From Vermamoeba vermiformis (taxonomy: Eukaryota), in the NCBI GenBank assembly GCA_045837725.1, contig JBEWZL010000006.1, forward strand, positions 124,001 through 188,000: a stretch of 64,000 nucleotides of DNA, given 5' to 3'. Both the position numbers and the translations under genes were made by a program. Below, piece after piece: positions 39,225-51,219 of the stretch. The number at the start of each line of letters is the position of its first letter. Position 1 is the stretch's first letter. The notes under the pieces are model-generated. The model saw only the letters and a program-made list of their open reading frames with translations, ran no database searches and was not told the origin of the DNA.

Positions 39225-39813
39225 ATGAACACAACAAGCACAACAAATTCAAACTCAGCAAATTTGACCTTCCGTCAAAATTTCCTGCTCATGTCAGATG
39301 AAACTCAGCATTTCGTAGCCGGCCTTCCGAGGGCCAATCTGTTGATCTACACGACAGGCGGTGCTACTGACCACCACTCTACTGTCATTGGCTTTGGCGA
39401 TGAGCCTACTGACGCGCTTCGCATCCACATAGGGTGGCAAGATCAGTCTCTTGATCTGAGACTATTTATCGAGAAGACTACTTGGCGACCCGACGGACAC
39501 ACCGTGTTCGCGACAGAGGTACGATTACTACTGTTGGAGGAGTGGCTTGATGACTAATCACTGGCTTTAGGAGACATATCCCCCTATACGATTAATCCAG
39601 TTTGCACTGCATTGTTGTATTCAGTTTGGGGAGTACCACGAACTGATAAACAATTGCCAAGACTGGAACAACCAGTTCTTAGCAAATCTATACTTGAAGA
39701 AGAGGAACACAGTGCGGGACTACACTGTGTCTGCCATCGCCGTGGGTGTTGCCGTGTACGTTTTGTACAAATGTAAAAACAATCTCACCGGGCCTGAGCT
39801 GCAACAGCTGTGA
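39225..39813 (+). CDS. Permuted papain-like (LRAT/PPPDE-type) protein with C-terminal TM segment
   Basis: Two exons. HHSTV...IHIG precedes GEYHELINNCQDWNNQF, then a hydrophobic VSAIAVGVAVYVLY segment. TATAAATA lies at 39188. Confidence 0.65.
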
Positions 39814-39924
39814 AGTCGTCTTGCAGGTTTTTTCGCTGAAGTGCGTTTCCTGTGATGTAAATAAACTAAGTACACTTTATACTTGAATTTCAAACGTATA
39901 ATACAAGGTTCTTGTCAATCGATG

Positions 39925-40470
39925 CTAATTCCTTTCGAGAATATCACGAATATCGCGTTTTAATCGAGTGCCTTCAAAAATTCCTTCGGATGGAGCTGAA
40001 GGTTGCGTCTAAAATGAAAAAGTGATAAATATATCGTTCTAAATAGCATGTTTACACTTACTTTAGTATTGGTTGTTGTATTTGTTGGATTATTTCTATT
40101 TTGCGTCGTATTTGTTTGAGGACGTGGCGCGGGTCGTGGATCTTCTTTAGGTTTTGTATTATAACTCGATGAATCATTCTAAAAATATGTTAGTAATTTA
40201 TAATAATTAAGATGTATGAATTGATCGTGTCAGGGTTCTTTTAACTGTCATCCAGATCTTCAACTAAAAGAAAATCTGCAAATTACTTACCTTAGTATTT
40301 TTAACATTTTTGGCAGTATTTTTATTATCATTGTTGTTTTTTCGCTATTTTAAAAATAATTAAATATCTGAATTCACTTCTTGAACCTTGATCCAACTTA
40401 CGCGATACCAAATTAAGCCACCACCTGCGACTACTGTGACGCCTATAATTGATCGTATAAGATACTTCAT
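39925..40470 (-). CDS. Small N-terminally anchored N/T/P-rich hypothetical protein
   Basis: Four phase-0 exons with GT-AG boundaries: MKYLIRSIIGVTVVAGGGLIWYR|RKNNN..|NDSSS..|TQPSAP... The last acceptor is uncertain. Confidence 0.5.
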
Positions 40471-40614
40471 TGATATATATTTACTATATCGTTTTTGAGA
40501 CTTGTGTTACTCCCTATGGGAGGATCAATTTGAAATGGCAAAAAAAAGATCCAAAAATAGACCTCGATGTTTAAATAGCATTCCTTTAATTAACTGCCAT
40601 AAATAATGATTTAT

Positions 40615-42304
40615 TTACAATATTTTGAGCGCAGCGGCCTTTCCGCTCGAAATACAATCAAGGACACTAACACCATTGTAACTCGATCCCGCAATGTGCA
40701 AGTGAGGGAATTCTCGCGATAAGATTTGTTCTATTTGTTCGACTCTCTTAGCGTGGCCTACTGTATATTGAGGGATGGCATTCTCGCAAATTTTGACCGA
40801 AGTGAAATCCGGCGATTGTTGGATGTTGAGGTGTTGTTGTAAATAATCTCGTCCAATATTGATGAGCTCTTCATTAGTCATATTTAATACATCAGGTACG
40901 TTCTCGTGGTTATCTCTATCACCTCCAATCATCACTGTCAATCGAGTTTGTTTTGGATCTTGCTGATGCGCAGAAAAAGTGTCCGAATCAAAAATAACTC
41001 CGAGAACTTTTGCTTTTTCTTTCGGAGCAATTAAATATCCGAATCCTTGAATATTACGAGGCAATACTCGATCATTGTAACCAAAGTTAATGACGGCCAT
41101 GTTGATCCAAGGAATTTCATTCAAAACTTTAGCTAATTCTTCGTTATGAGGTTGCATTAATTTAGCGAGTTCGAAAGAAGGCACTGCACTAATAATATGA
41201 TCGGCTTGAATAGGTTCTTGGCCACTTGTCATAATTGTAGCAGATCTTCTTGACGGATCGAACTTGATCTCTTTTGGCGCAGTATTGAATAATATATCTT
41301 GCTTGCATTCTTCCGTTAGTGCATTCGGAAGCTCTCCGAGGCCTTTCTTAAATGAAAATATTCCGCCGGCGTGTTTAACGTCTCGCAGTATTTGCAAATA
41401 TTTCATTTCTTCTTCGCTGAAATTTTTAGCGGGACTGGCTTGAGTGGCCTTCATCATGCCTCTAACAATGCCTCCGTACTTCTGTTCGAGGTCCCATAAC
41501 ATATTGAAGCAAGATTTGACTGATAACTTGGAAGTATTGCCACCGTAAATTCCGATCACCATTGGCGCGACCACATCCGACGCAAAAGTAGGACTTAATC
41601 GTCTGCTAATAAAACTATCGATAGATTCATCATCGGAGGTTGCTTTAGTTCTATTAAAGAACTCTTTGCCCACATCCAACAAAACTCGTCGCGCGATCGA
41701 GCTTGTAAAAATTGCTGTAGGACTGCTTGGCAATGCATTGAGCTTTCCATTTACGTATATGTATCTATAGCATATTAGTATCGTTTAATATGCTTGCAAT
41801 CAAATAATAATGCGCTTACCGTGTTTTCGAAGTTTTATCAGCAGTTATGATGTCAGATGTAAGTTTCAAGTCACTGATAATCTCAAATGTATCTAATGCC
41901 TTAGCACCTGTAGTGTAATAGTATATTAATATAGGTACTACAAGTTGCAGAACTAAATTCGTCCATTAATTTTGGTGAGTTTACTTACTGCGGATGGATC
42001 TAGGTCCGTGTTCCGAGAGCCAACCGTCTTGGACTGTAGTATCGATCCATCTAATAAATTATTAATATAACAGGCAAAAATAGTTGTTTAAGATGACGAG
42101 GAAGCCAAGAAAATTTTCATGATAAATTGTAGATCGAGATCGCGTGCCATAAAATAAATAAAATATTTACCCTCCAGCTCTATTTGATTTTTCTATAATT
42201 TTAGTGTCAATCTTCTTGTTTGATTTTGCTGAATATTTCTTCAAGAAGTGACCCGAAGACAGACCACTAATTCCTGCACCTAGAATAGCCACACGAGACG
42301 CCAT
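40615..42304 (-). CDS. PPOX: Protoporphyrinogen oxidase (HemY type)
   Basis: VAILGAGISGL, RAGGWI, EHGPRSI, GFGYLIAP, LTVMIGG, AIPQYTVGH and YNGVSVLDCI. Confidence 0.95.
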
Positions 42305-42469
42305 GATGATATATTATCGTGTGTTAATATATAAACCAAAACAATATAATTGCTTGCTTCTTGCAAATCTCTCTGGCAAAGCAAAATTATCAATTTTATT
42401 TACTGACAAGTTTTTGTTGCCTGATCTGCGGACATTTCGAAGCTAGAGTATCTGTAGAAGTCCCACAAG

Positions 42470-43330
42470 ATGTTCATTAATGCTACAGCATATTTATTTA
42501 TCGTGATCTTCTCGTTCATTCTGATCGCGAGCTTGTTGATCTTCGTATGGAAATACACGGGAAAAGTAGAGCAACAAGCCGCTGCTAGACAAGCACAAGG
42601 CGCAAATAATAATAATAATGTTGCCAATCAAGAAGGCGAGGAGTCCAGTGGAGAGGAAGAAGAGGATGATAATGTAAGTCAAATCCAAAATAATATTTTA
42701 ATTATTTTATTTAACGCTCGTAATTCAAGCAACTTATGCATTATATCAAAATATTATTTTTAGAAGAATTATACGAGCCGGCAAAATTATTTTAATTTAT
42801 ATGTCATTGGATCAAGACCACTTTTCATTCACCAATGAAAATTCGTTATATTAGATGACTAACATATTATAATAGCGAGCCAATAGAGCAGCAACTAGAC
42901 GTCGCGGAGGATTGGGCCGTATGAATGTTCGTCGACGAAATGTCGGTCAACAAGAGCCCACTGCTGACGCGACTGCCGCAAACAACAATGTAAATAATAA
43001 CGTCGAAGAGACTGATAGTGGTGATGAAGGCGAGACTAGTAAGTATATTATATAGTTGATATGACTATTGGATTCATTGGTGGCGATATTAAGTCATTAC
43101 AACATAACTACTTACACGAGAAACTTTAACTGATCAGTTTTATTGCATTGAACATATATGGCTAAATGTTTATTGCATAATATATATATTCCGTGTATTA
43201 ATAATTTATTTATTATAATTAGCTGGTCCTGAAGGCATCAAGTTAAAGAAAGTTGGCAAGAAGAAGGCATTGAAACTCCAATTGAAAGAAGAACGTGCGC
43301 AAATGAGACAAGTACGTACTAAAATATAAT

Positions 43331-43363
<33 letters not shown>

Positions 43364-44233
43364 CTGCAATTCTTATTGATATTCATTCATTATTGTAGCA
43401 ACAAGAAGAGTTGAAAAAACAACGACTTGAAAAAGAAGAACAAGAACGCAAGGAGCGTGAAGAAAAAGAACGATTGGAAGAGGAAGAAGAGCGTAAAAGA
43501 GTACGTATATATAATCATTATAGTATTAAATAAGTGCCTTGTATTTTAACAAAATAATGTTATTTCTAGGAAGAAGAACTTGAACGAATTAGACTCGAGA
43601 AAGAAAAGAAAGAAGAAGAGGATTATCAATCGTGGAAACAGTTCATTAGCGTCGAGGTAAGCATAGCGACAAATTTATCAATTTTATTTCGAACGGGATC
43701 CGGAGAATTAATTTTTTTGTAAGGGAACTGGATCTGAGTCACAAGAACGAATGAGCGATGAAGAGCTCGCTAGGCAGTTGATTGAATATGTAACCGAAGA
43801 GAAGGTCTCGTTCTTAGAAGATTTGGCGTCAAAGTTCAATCTTAAGACTCAAGATGTGATCACCAAGATCAACCAACTCGAACAAGAAGGCAAATTGACG
43901 GGCGTTATTGACGACCGAGGAAAATTTATTTTTATTACTCCGCAAGAGTTACAGAACGTTGCCAATTTTATCAATTTAAGAGGTAGGAAAACGATTCGAA
44001 GATCAGATCCGTTTACCTTTTATAGTAATTTTAAAATGGAGGATTAGAGAGTCTTAGTTAATGTTTAAAAAAGTCATCTTCATTATTATTTGCCGATAAC
44101 GGTGGATCTGAACATTTTTATTTTAGGTCGTGTTTCGATCGAGGAAATTGTACGTGAAAGCAACAAGCTTATTGACTTAAATACGAAGAATAGAAGTGAT
44201 GAAGCTGAGGCTGAGCCAGAGCAGGAGCAATAA
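42470..44233 (+). CDS. DDRGK1: DDRGK domain-containing protein 1 (UFBP1)
   Basis: N-terminal TM segment, KKVGKKKALK, an E/K-rich coil, and LTGVIDDRGKFIFIT...FINLRGRVSIEEI. Confidence 0.93.
43336..43363. repeat. (AT)n microsatellite in a DDRGK1 intron
   Basis: Uninterrupted AT dinucleotide run of about 14 units. Confidence 0.85.
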
Positions 44234-44378
44234 GTAAAATCTGTTCGTTTTTAAACATAAAAAATATTGCATCCACTTCCAACGTTTGAAAGATCTGATT
44301 TATTTTATCTTTTTCAAGCTAATAATAATGAAACAATTTTACTAAGTGACTAGTGCACCAATATACGATAAAGCGGCC

Positions 44379-45457
44379 TTATTTCTTTGCGGCAGCCGGC
44401 GCATTCGGTTGCGAGATGTAGCGGAACAAAATTCCTACCAAGCAGCAAATAGCAATGAGCATGGCCCAGTAGAATGCAGCAAAGTCCAACAAGCAACCAA
44501 TAGGAGGGCTAGTCGGTGCGGTGTTTCTGAAGGCAGGTAAGGCGAACAAGAGACCTGGGAAAACACCGACAATAGGCGGATCAATCTTTTTAGTAGTCCA
44601 AATAACCATGTTGCAGGTGAAGTAGCCCATGGAAATAATAACAATCCAAAAGGCGACAATCATGAAGCCAGGGTAGATCTTGAAAATTGTAGTTCGTCTG
44701 GCGTTAACCCCAAAGATGGAGTTAGCGCTATTAAATATAAAGGTTAATATGAAGTCCGTACGTTTGGCATTTATAGCACTTACTCAAGAGGGTTTAATAC
44801 GGTGGGAACTTCAAACTCAAATCCATAAACTGGATTGTTCGCCAAAACTGCGGTAAAGTCAGCGGTGTAGTCGGAAGTGTTGGTGGTCAGGAGAGCACCC
44901 ATTTCAATATCTCCCGTGTATTCATCGAAGGGGTAGTTCAGAATGTCGCCTATTAAAGAAAAAATAAAGTCAGTTAACTAACCGCAAGCTAATAAAATTC
45001 AAAAATATTCTAAAAAAATTCAAAATTTAGCTATTTACTTACCGTCCAATGTTACTGAGACAGAGGAACTAATTTGTGCGTTGGCACCGACGGCAGCATT
45101 AAGAACAGTCGATCCAATGAAAAAGGTGTAACCGACCTTTGTTCTTCCCAAGTTGTCAATTAATTCCACGGGTGGTGAAACCATGACATTAAGGCGAAGG
45201 GTATTGCTTTGAGGGTCAATACCAACAATGGTCAGTCTGGATGAGAAGAGGACTACTTCGGGACCAGGCTCGGTTATATTCCTAGGCATTTCCGTTGACA
45301 GCTTATTAATGTCCTGCACGTTCTGGAAGGAAGCTAGAGCCACCGCAAATAATACAAAGAAGCCAATAACAAACAAGCATTGAAACACTACGGCGCGAGT
45401 GAAGCATCCGCGGTTTAAACGCTTGAAGCAATCAAAAACACCGGCTGAGGGAGGCAT
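44379..45457 (-). CDS. DUF4436-like multi-pass membrane protein
   Basis: GDILNYPFDEY and LLFALPAFRNTAPTSPPIGCLLDFAAFYW match the DUF4436 signature as I recall it. Confidence 0.75.
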
Positions 45458-45852
45458 GGCAAAAAATATATATTACAGTGCTAATTCGTGGTTTTGCACA
45501 GGGAATGAGGCAATAAAATGAAAAAAAACAACTTTAAGAAAAAATATCACAAGCCTGAATTCCAAATTTGGGTTTTTTGTAATCTCGAAGCGTTAATTGA
45601 GAAAATACCCGGTTAGGAAGTGGTAGTTTTGATTATCCATGTTCGGAAAAGGTTTCCTACGTTGTCGGGTACCGGTTGGCGGTTCCGACTACAAAAATTA
45701 TTTCATAAAAGTGAAATTAGAGTGAAATTGCAATAACGGAATGCCATTAATTGAAGTGCATAATGGAGTATCATATTTGTAACATAATTATTGGGCTATT
45801 TTGAAATTAAAAAAAAATTGTGACTGACCTTCAAATCCACAACCGGTTGCGT

Positions 45853-47341
45853 TTATTTCTGTCTTGCTGCGGGAAGGCTCTTAAGGATATCTTCACCACC
45901 GTTCTTTAAGCATTCTAACGCCAAGTCTTTGCCAATTTCGCCTGCATCCACAACGCTTCCTTGTTTTTCGCTTTCAACGCACTGTGAACCATCCAAGTTC
46001 AAAATTCTGCCTTTAAGATGCACTGTCTGGCCTTCTAAAGTCGTTATAACACCGACAGGCACGTGGCAGCCACCTTGTAATGTACGCATGAATGCTCGTT
46101 CAGCGGTGCACTTGATCCAAGTGTCAGTGTGATTAATGACTTGCAATAGCTTCTTTAATTCGTCATCGTTAGCTCTGCATTCAATTCCTAGTGCTCCTTG
46201 GCCTTAATATAAGAAAATAAATCAGTCATTCAGTTTCCGGTCGAAACGAAAGCGCCGCCATTTAGTGTCGCTTCACATAGTTGGCTAGCGATTAAGGTAT
46301 TACTAATGTCTATAATATACATATATCGAGTATTATATCATCCTAACTGCTCGCTAATCGGTTAAATTTAAGGTTTAAAAGAGCACTTACCAACGGCGTA
46401 ATAAACGTTGTCCAATCTATGAGTAATTCGACTAGAAAACTCAGGTCCTAGTCTATATACACCAGCATATGCTAATATCATGCCGCTATAATTGTTTTCT
46501 GGGTCATCGAGCTTTTTGAAACGAGTGTTCAAATTGCCGCGGATGTCTTTGAATGTCAAATGAGGATACAATCGCTTTAATTGTGCAATGCGACGTAATG
46601 ACGAGCTTCCAATAACAGAGCCTTATAGAAGATACAGTTAGTATCGAGATGATGAGCAGATCAGCTCGGAAAATTCGATTGAATTATGAAAAGGATAATA
46701 ACAATTAATGAATGAGCCATTATAATATATTATATTCTTTATGTTTAATAAGTAATTGAGAAATGAATTTTACCTGGAGGCAGGTCCGCAATCGATTTGT
46801 AAGTCAGATCTTTTCGTAAAATAACGACATCCGCTGGATCTTCCCGCTCCGTTATTGCAGCTAACGTTAATCCCTATGAATTAATACTAGATTATGTAAC
46901 TGATTTGATAGTAATGTATTGATCGTTAAATTTAACGGGATACAAAAATATCGTCGGGATCAAAAGGGAAAATTTCCCATCTGATCATTAACGGGTCAAA
47001 ATTAGTAAAAATAGCGTAATTAATTATACACTATTTTTTAAAAATATTTGACTTACTTCAGGCAGTTCTGTAGGCAGATCTTTCAATGAGTGCACTGCAA
47101 AATCAATTTTACGCTCGCGCATGTCATTTTCAAGCTCTTCAGTGAACAATCCTTTGTCACCAATCTTTGACAATGCAACATCAAGCACTTTATCGCCCTT
47201 AGTATTCATCGTCAGCAGTTCAAAAGTCAGATGTGGATACGCTTTCTCTAACAAGCCCTTGACATATTCAGTCTGTACTAGGGCGAGTTGAGACTTGCGC
47301 GATCCAATTATAATCTTCGTTCTTGTTCCTCCGAGGCTCAT
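45853..47341 (-). CDS. HMBS: Porphobilinogen deaminase (hydroxymethylbilane synthase)
   Basis: [47 protein letters not shown] and [10 protein letters not shown]. Confidence 0.97.
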
Positions 47342-47574
47342 CTGTGCTCTTTGTTTCCTTCTACAGAAAAATAAGCTCACGGAACAGTATTGCCACCTTC
47401 ATTTGCTCAGTATCATAGTAAATTGCTAATTATGCTTCCGTATTAATAAGGTTATTCGTATCTTTATATCGGTTTTGCCCTAATCACGGCGTAGCAAAAA
47501 AATGCATTTTTTATTCCTCGATCTTAGAGCAGATCCAGAACACCAAAAATTACATATGAGAGTACAATATGAAC

Positions 47575-50500
47575 TTATTTAGTAAGTTCTTTGTATTGTT
47601 GGATCAACTTGCTGTTCTCAGCACGCACTTGCTTCAGATCCTCTTGGATGCGTTCAATGTTCAAGTTGGTCACAGTAGTTCCGCCCTTATTAATATTTTC
47701 TTCCAAACCAAGTTCTGTGTTTTTAATATTTCCTAATTCGGAAGTCATTGTCGTCAAATCTCCAAAATTAGAGTGCAAACTGGCCAAAATTTTGTACGTG
47801 CTGCTCGCGACTGGATCCGTTGGTGCGTCCTTGAAGACCATTTCTTCGACTACGGAGAATGTTCTGTTCAATGTCTCTGACAGCGTGTTGATTTCTTTTT
47901 GCAAAGAACGTGTGTCTAGCAACACCTGCGGGAGAAAAATTGGTCAGAAAAACGCCTCACAAAAAAACTCGAAATTTGGCTTAGCACCAGAATTATTATT
48001 CTAACATAAAAATAGCGATAGATAATATAGGAAATAACGATTATAAGCAAATGCAAATATAGGGTAGCAATTAGTAAATTTTGGAGCGAATTTTTGTGGA
48101 TGCTGTTTAGGGAAGTGGATTTACCTTGTTAATTTCAACTTTTTGTTTCTTGACGTTCTTAACCATTTCCAATATTCTCATCGTGTAATTAGCGCGATTG
48201 TCCTTAGGCAACTGTTTGAACACTTCCACGAGCTGTTTGTATCGTTCGTCTTTCTTAGTCACTTCTTCGACTAACTCCTTCATACGCGCTCTCATTTCCT
48301 TAATCTACAAACCACAAATATCAATAAACTTCCTTAATAGGAAATAATTTTACAAAAAGATCCGGATCCAAATCCGTTTGTAACGATAAAAATTTAATAA
48401 AAAAGCAGCGACTTACCTTTTCTAATTTAACGTCAGCTTGTTCCTTGCGCGTGCTCAACTTGCTCTTGAGTTCGTAGTACTGTTGCACGAGTGGCTTGCG
48501 ATGTTCTTCCCACTGTTTGGCGAGTGAGGTCAAGGTATTCGCATTCTCGCGATTTCTTTCCTTCAACTTCTTGATGTTCTCTTGAGCACTATACGAATAT
48601 ATTAGTATATATTAATGGCATGCTAAGGTTACGTACTTTGGCAATAGGCCCAAAGTAGCGTTGAGCTGATCGAATTGTTTTTGAAGATCTTCGTTCTTGG
48701 ATTGGTCGGTAGGAATGCTTGATTGGAGCTACAAATACGAAGTATTAATTATGTAAGTACATATATGCGATCAAACAACGAAAATACGCTCTACTAAGTC
48801 AGATCGCATCCAGTACGCGGATTGAACTTTTCGTTCTTATTCTTAGTTCTTACCTGTCTAATCTCATTCTGATATCCTTGAATGCGCTTCTCCATCTCAC
48901 TAATCTCGCGCTCAACGTTCTCAAGCTCATTACGCTTCTCTTCCAATTCCAACTTGCGTCTCTTTTCAATTTCCTATAAAAATTTTGAATATAAGCCTAA
49001 TGCATTCATCATTATAGAATTAATGTAACTTGCCTCTTCGGTTTCTTGAGGAGCGACATTAGATTCTTTTCTGAATTCAATGGCACGCTCGAGTTTTGTA
49101 GTGGGCTTGTTAGATCCTGCGTCAAAGATTAGAAATCGTTTTGATACTATCAATAGTATTGTATAATACGTACCGTTCTTCAAGAAGTCGTTGAAAGTAT
49201 TCGCAGCTCTGTCGCTGTTAGCTTCGTTCAAAGCAGTACGCAAGTGAGCTCCCATGCGAGCTAAGATATCAGCCTTTTTCTTCTTCTTAAACTCCTATAA
49301 TACGAACATATCAATATATGCCTCAAACAATATTCGTACTGCGCATAAATAATTTTTCAAAGGCGGATGTGATCTGCTTACAATTGGATTCAAGCCAGAG
49401 CCTAGACCAGCAGAGTTCCATTCAGCATCGCGTTCAGCAGCGTCAGTAATGGCAGCCAAGTTATATTCAAACACTGAAGGCGCTACATCGCTTCTCTTCT
49501 TTGGTTGTTGCGTGATCCAAGGCTGGAATTGGCTGAAGTAACGGTCCATCTCTACGATATCATTTAAGGGTTAATAACATCTTAGGGGTATTATATATCA
49601 ATTATATAGTATCGAAAGCATTGAGCGAGTTCATATAATTCCATGTAAAAGCTAATTTTCAAGCATCATTTTCAATTTTTGTTTAAAAATGCCGATATTG
49701 CATGAATATTGAAACTGTAGCTATAATATATAATGAAATCATAATAAAGAGGAGGTAAATAAGAATTTTGATGAGAGATGGATCTACGTACCGGCAGTTT
49801 TGCGTTGGTTGTTGCGATAATAAAGACCAGTCGAAGGGCAGTAAATATCAACAGTAGTCACATTGATGGTCGTGTAATAGTTCAGACCTCGTTCTTGCGC
49901 TTGATTGCAGAAGTGAGGTGCCCAAATGTTCTTATCGGCGTCGATCAGGAAACTGATCTCTTTTTCTAAGCCTTGAGCGAACTCATCTATAGCAGATATG
50001 CATTAGTATATTACTATATATTATTTAAACGATATTTTTAGATCAACCGAACAAATATTGAATCGGTATTAGATCCGCTAGTTTTCAATATTTTTTATAG
50101 CGGACAAATTAGTCGTTAATCTTATTATAATGAGATTAATAATATAGGTCTTGGTATTAACTTACCATCAGGTCTTTCGTCGCCCTTAGGCAATTTCTCT
50201 TGGAGCCACATGAGAATTTTGCGCGTGTCGCTCTCATTGGGGTACAACAAGTTGTGATAACTGATGTTGCTTTGATCATATCCATTTTCCTATAAGATTA
50301 CATGTTCGTTAGTATTATGCAAACAAGGAGCTAATTTGAAAGAATGGGATCGAGATCTGAAAAACTTGCAAAAATATTGCTTATAATTTCCTTATAGCTG
50401 AAAGTTATATTTTACTAAATATAAATATATATTATCAAGGATGCTTTTAATATTAAAGATGCATTATTGATGGTAGTAGCAATTTTCTTCGGATTTGTTC

Positions 50501-50939
50501 TCTAACTTACCAACATGAGGTTAACGAGCATAGTAGCCTGATTGACTCTTTGCGCTGTATTTTTGGACAATTGACGAGGATAATCTCGTTCTTTATCAAT
50601 AATCTTAAGGCATCGCAAAATACAGTTGATAAATACTTCTCGATCCAACTCTTTTAATCGCTTTACTCCTTCAGGAATATTGCTATAAATAATATATTAA
50701 TAATTTATACTATATTGTACGAATTAAATATCGTTATTGGAGAATTTTGGTACGATCAGAAAGATCAAAAGAAAAATTCGGTTGCAATTTCCGTATTTAT
50801 TTTTCGGTAGCTATTGTGGTCTATTATTTAATATATAATAAATTATTTGATAATTATAACAGTTAAATAACTCCAATAGATTTTGTTACCATTTTGCGTC
50901 ACGAAGATCTCGTAAAATTAATTCGTCAACTTCATCCAT
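47575..50939 (-). CDS. CCDC22: Coiled-coil domain-containing protein 22 (CCC/Commander complex)
   Basis: MDEVDELILRDL, ISYHNLLYPNESDTRKILMWL, QWEEHRKPL, YTMRILEMVKNVKKQK and LNRTFSVVEEMVFKDA. Confidence 0.92.
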
Positions 50940-51219
50940 TATCGTCAATATAATATGCTAGGTACTATTGTTGATACTTCTCGATAATAGATACAAAAAT
51001 AATTCAGATTTTTCGTGTGATTTTCTTGCGCATTAAATTTTGGCCTCGCGTGAACGGCTAACAATTTATATTTGAACTTGCAATAGTATAAACACACGAG
51101 ACACAAAATCGGGTATATTTATTACAATTTATTATCCGAATTGGCACGTTATTCTGTCGCGAAGGACTCTGGTGACAAATCCTTGAAGGAATTCAGACCT
51201 GCGATAACAAGCCACGAAA

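Noticed and set aside
46640-46720. ATGATGA C-box-like word in an HMBS intron (possible snoRNA)
   Set aside because: It is antisense to the host gene and has no matching CTGA D box or terminal stem.
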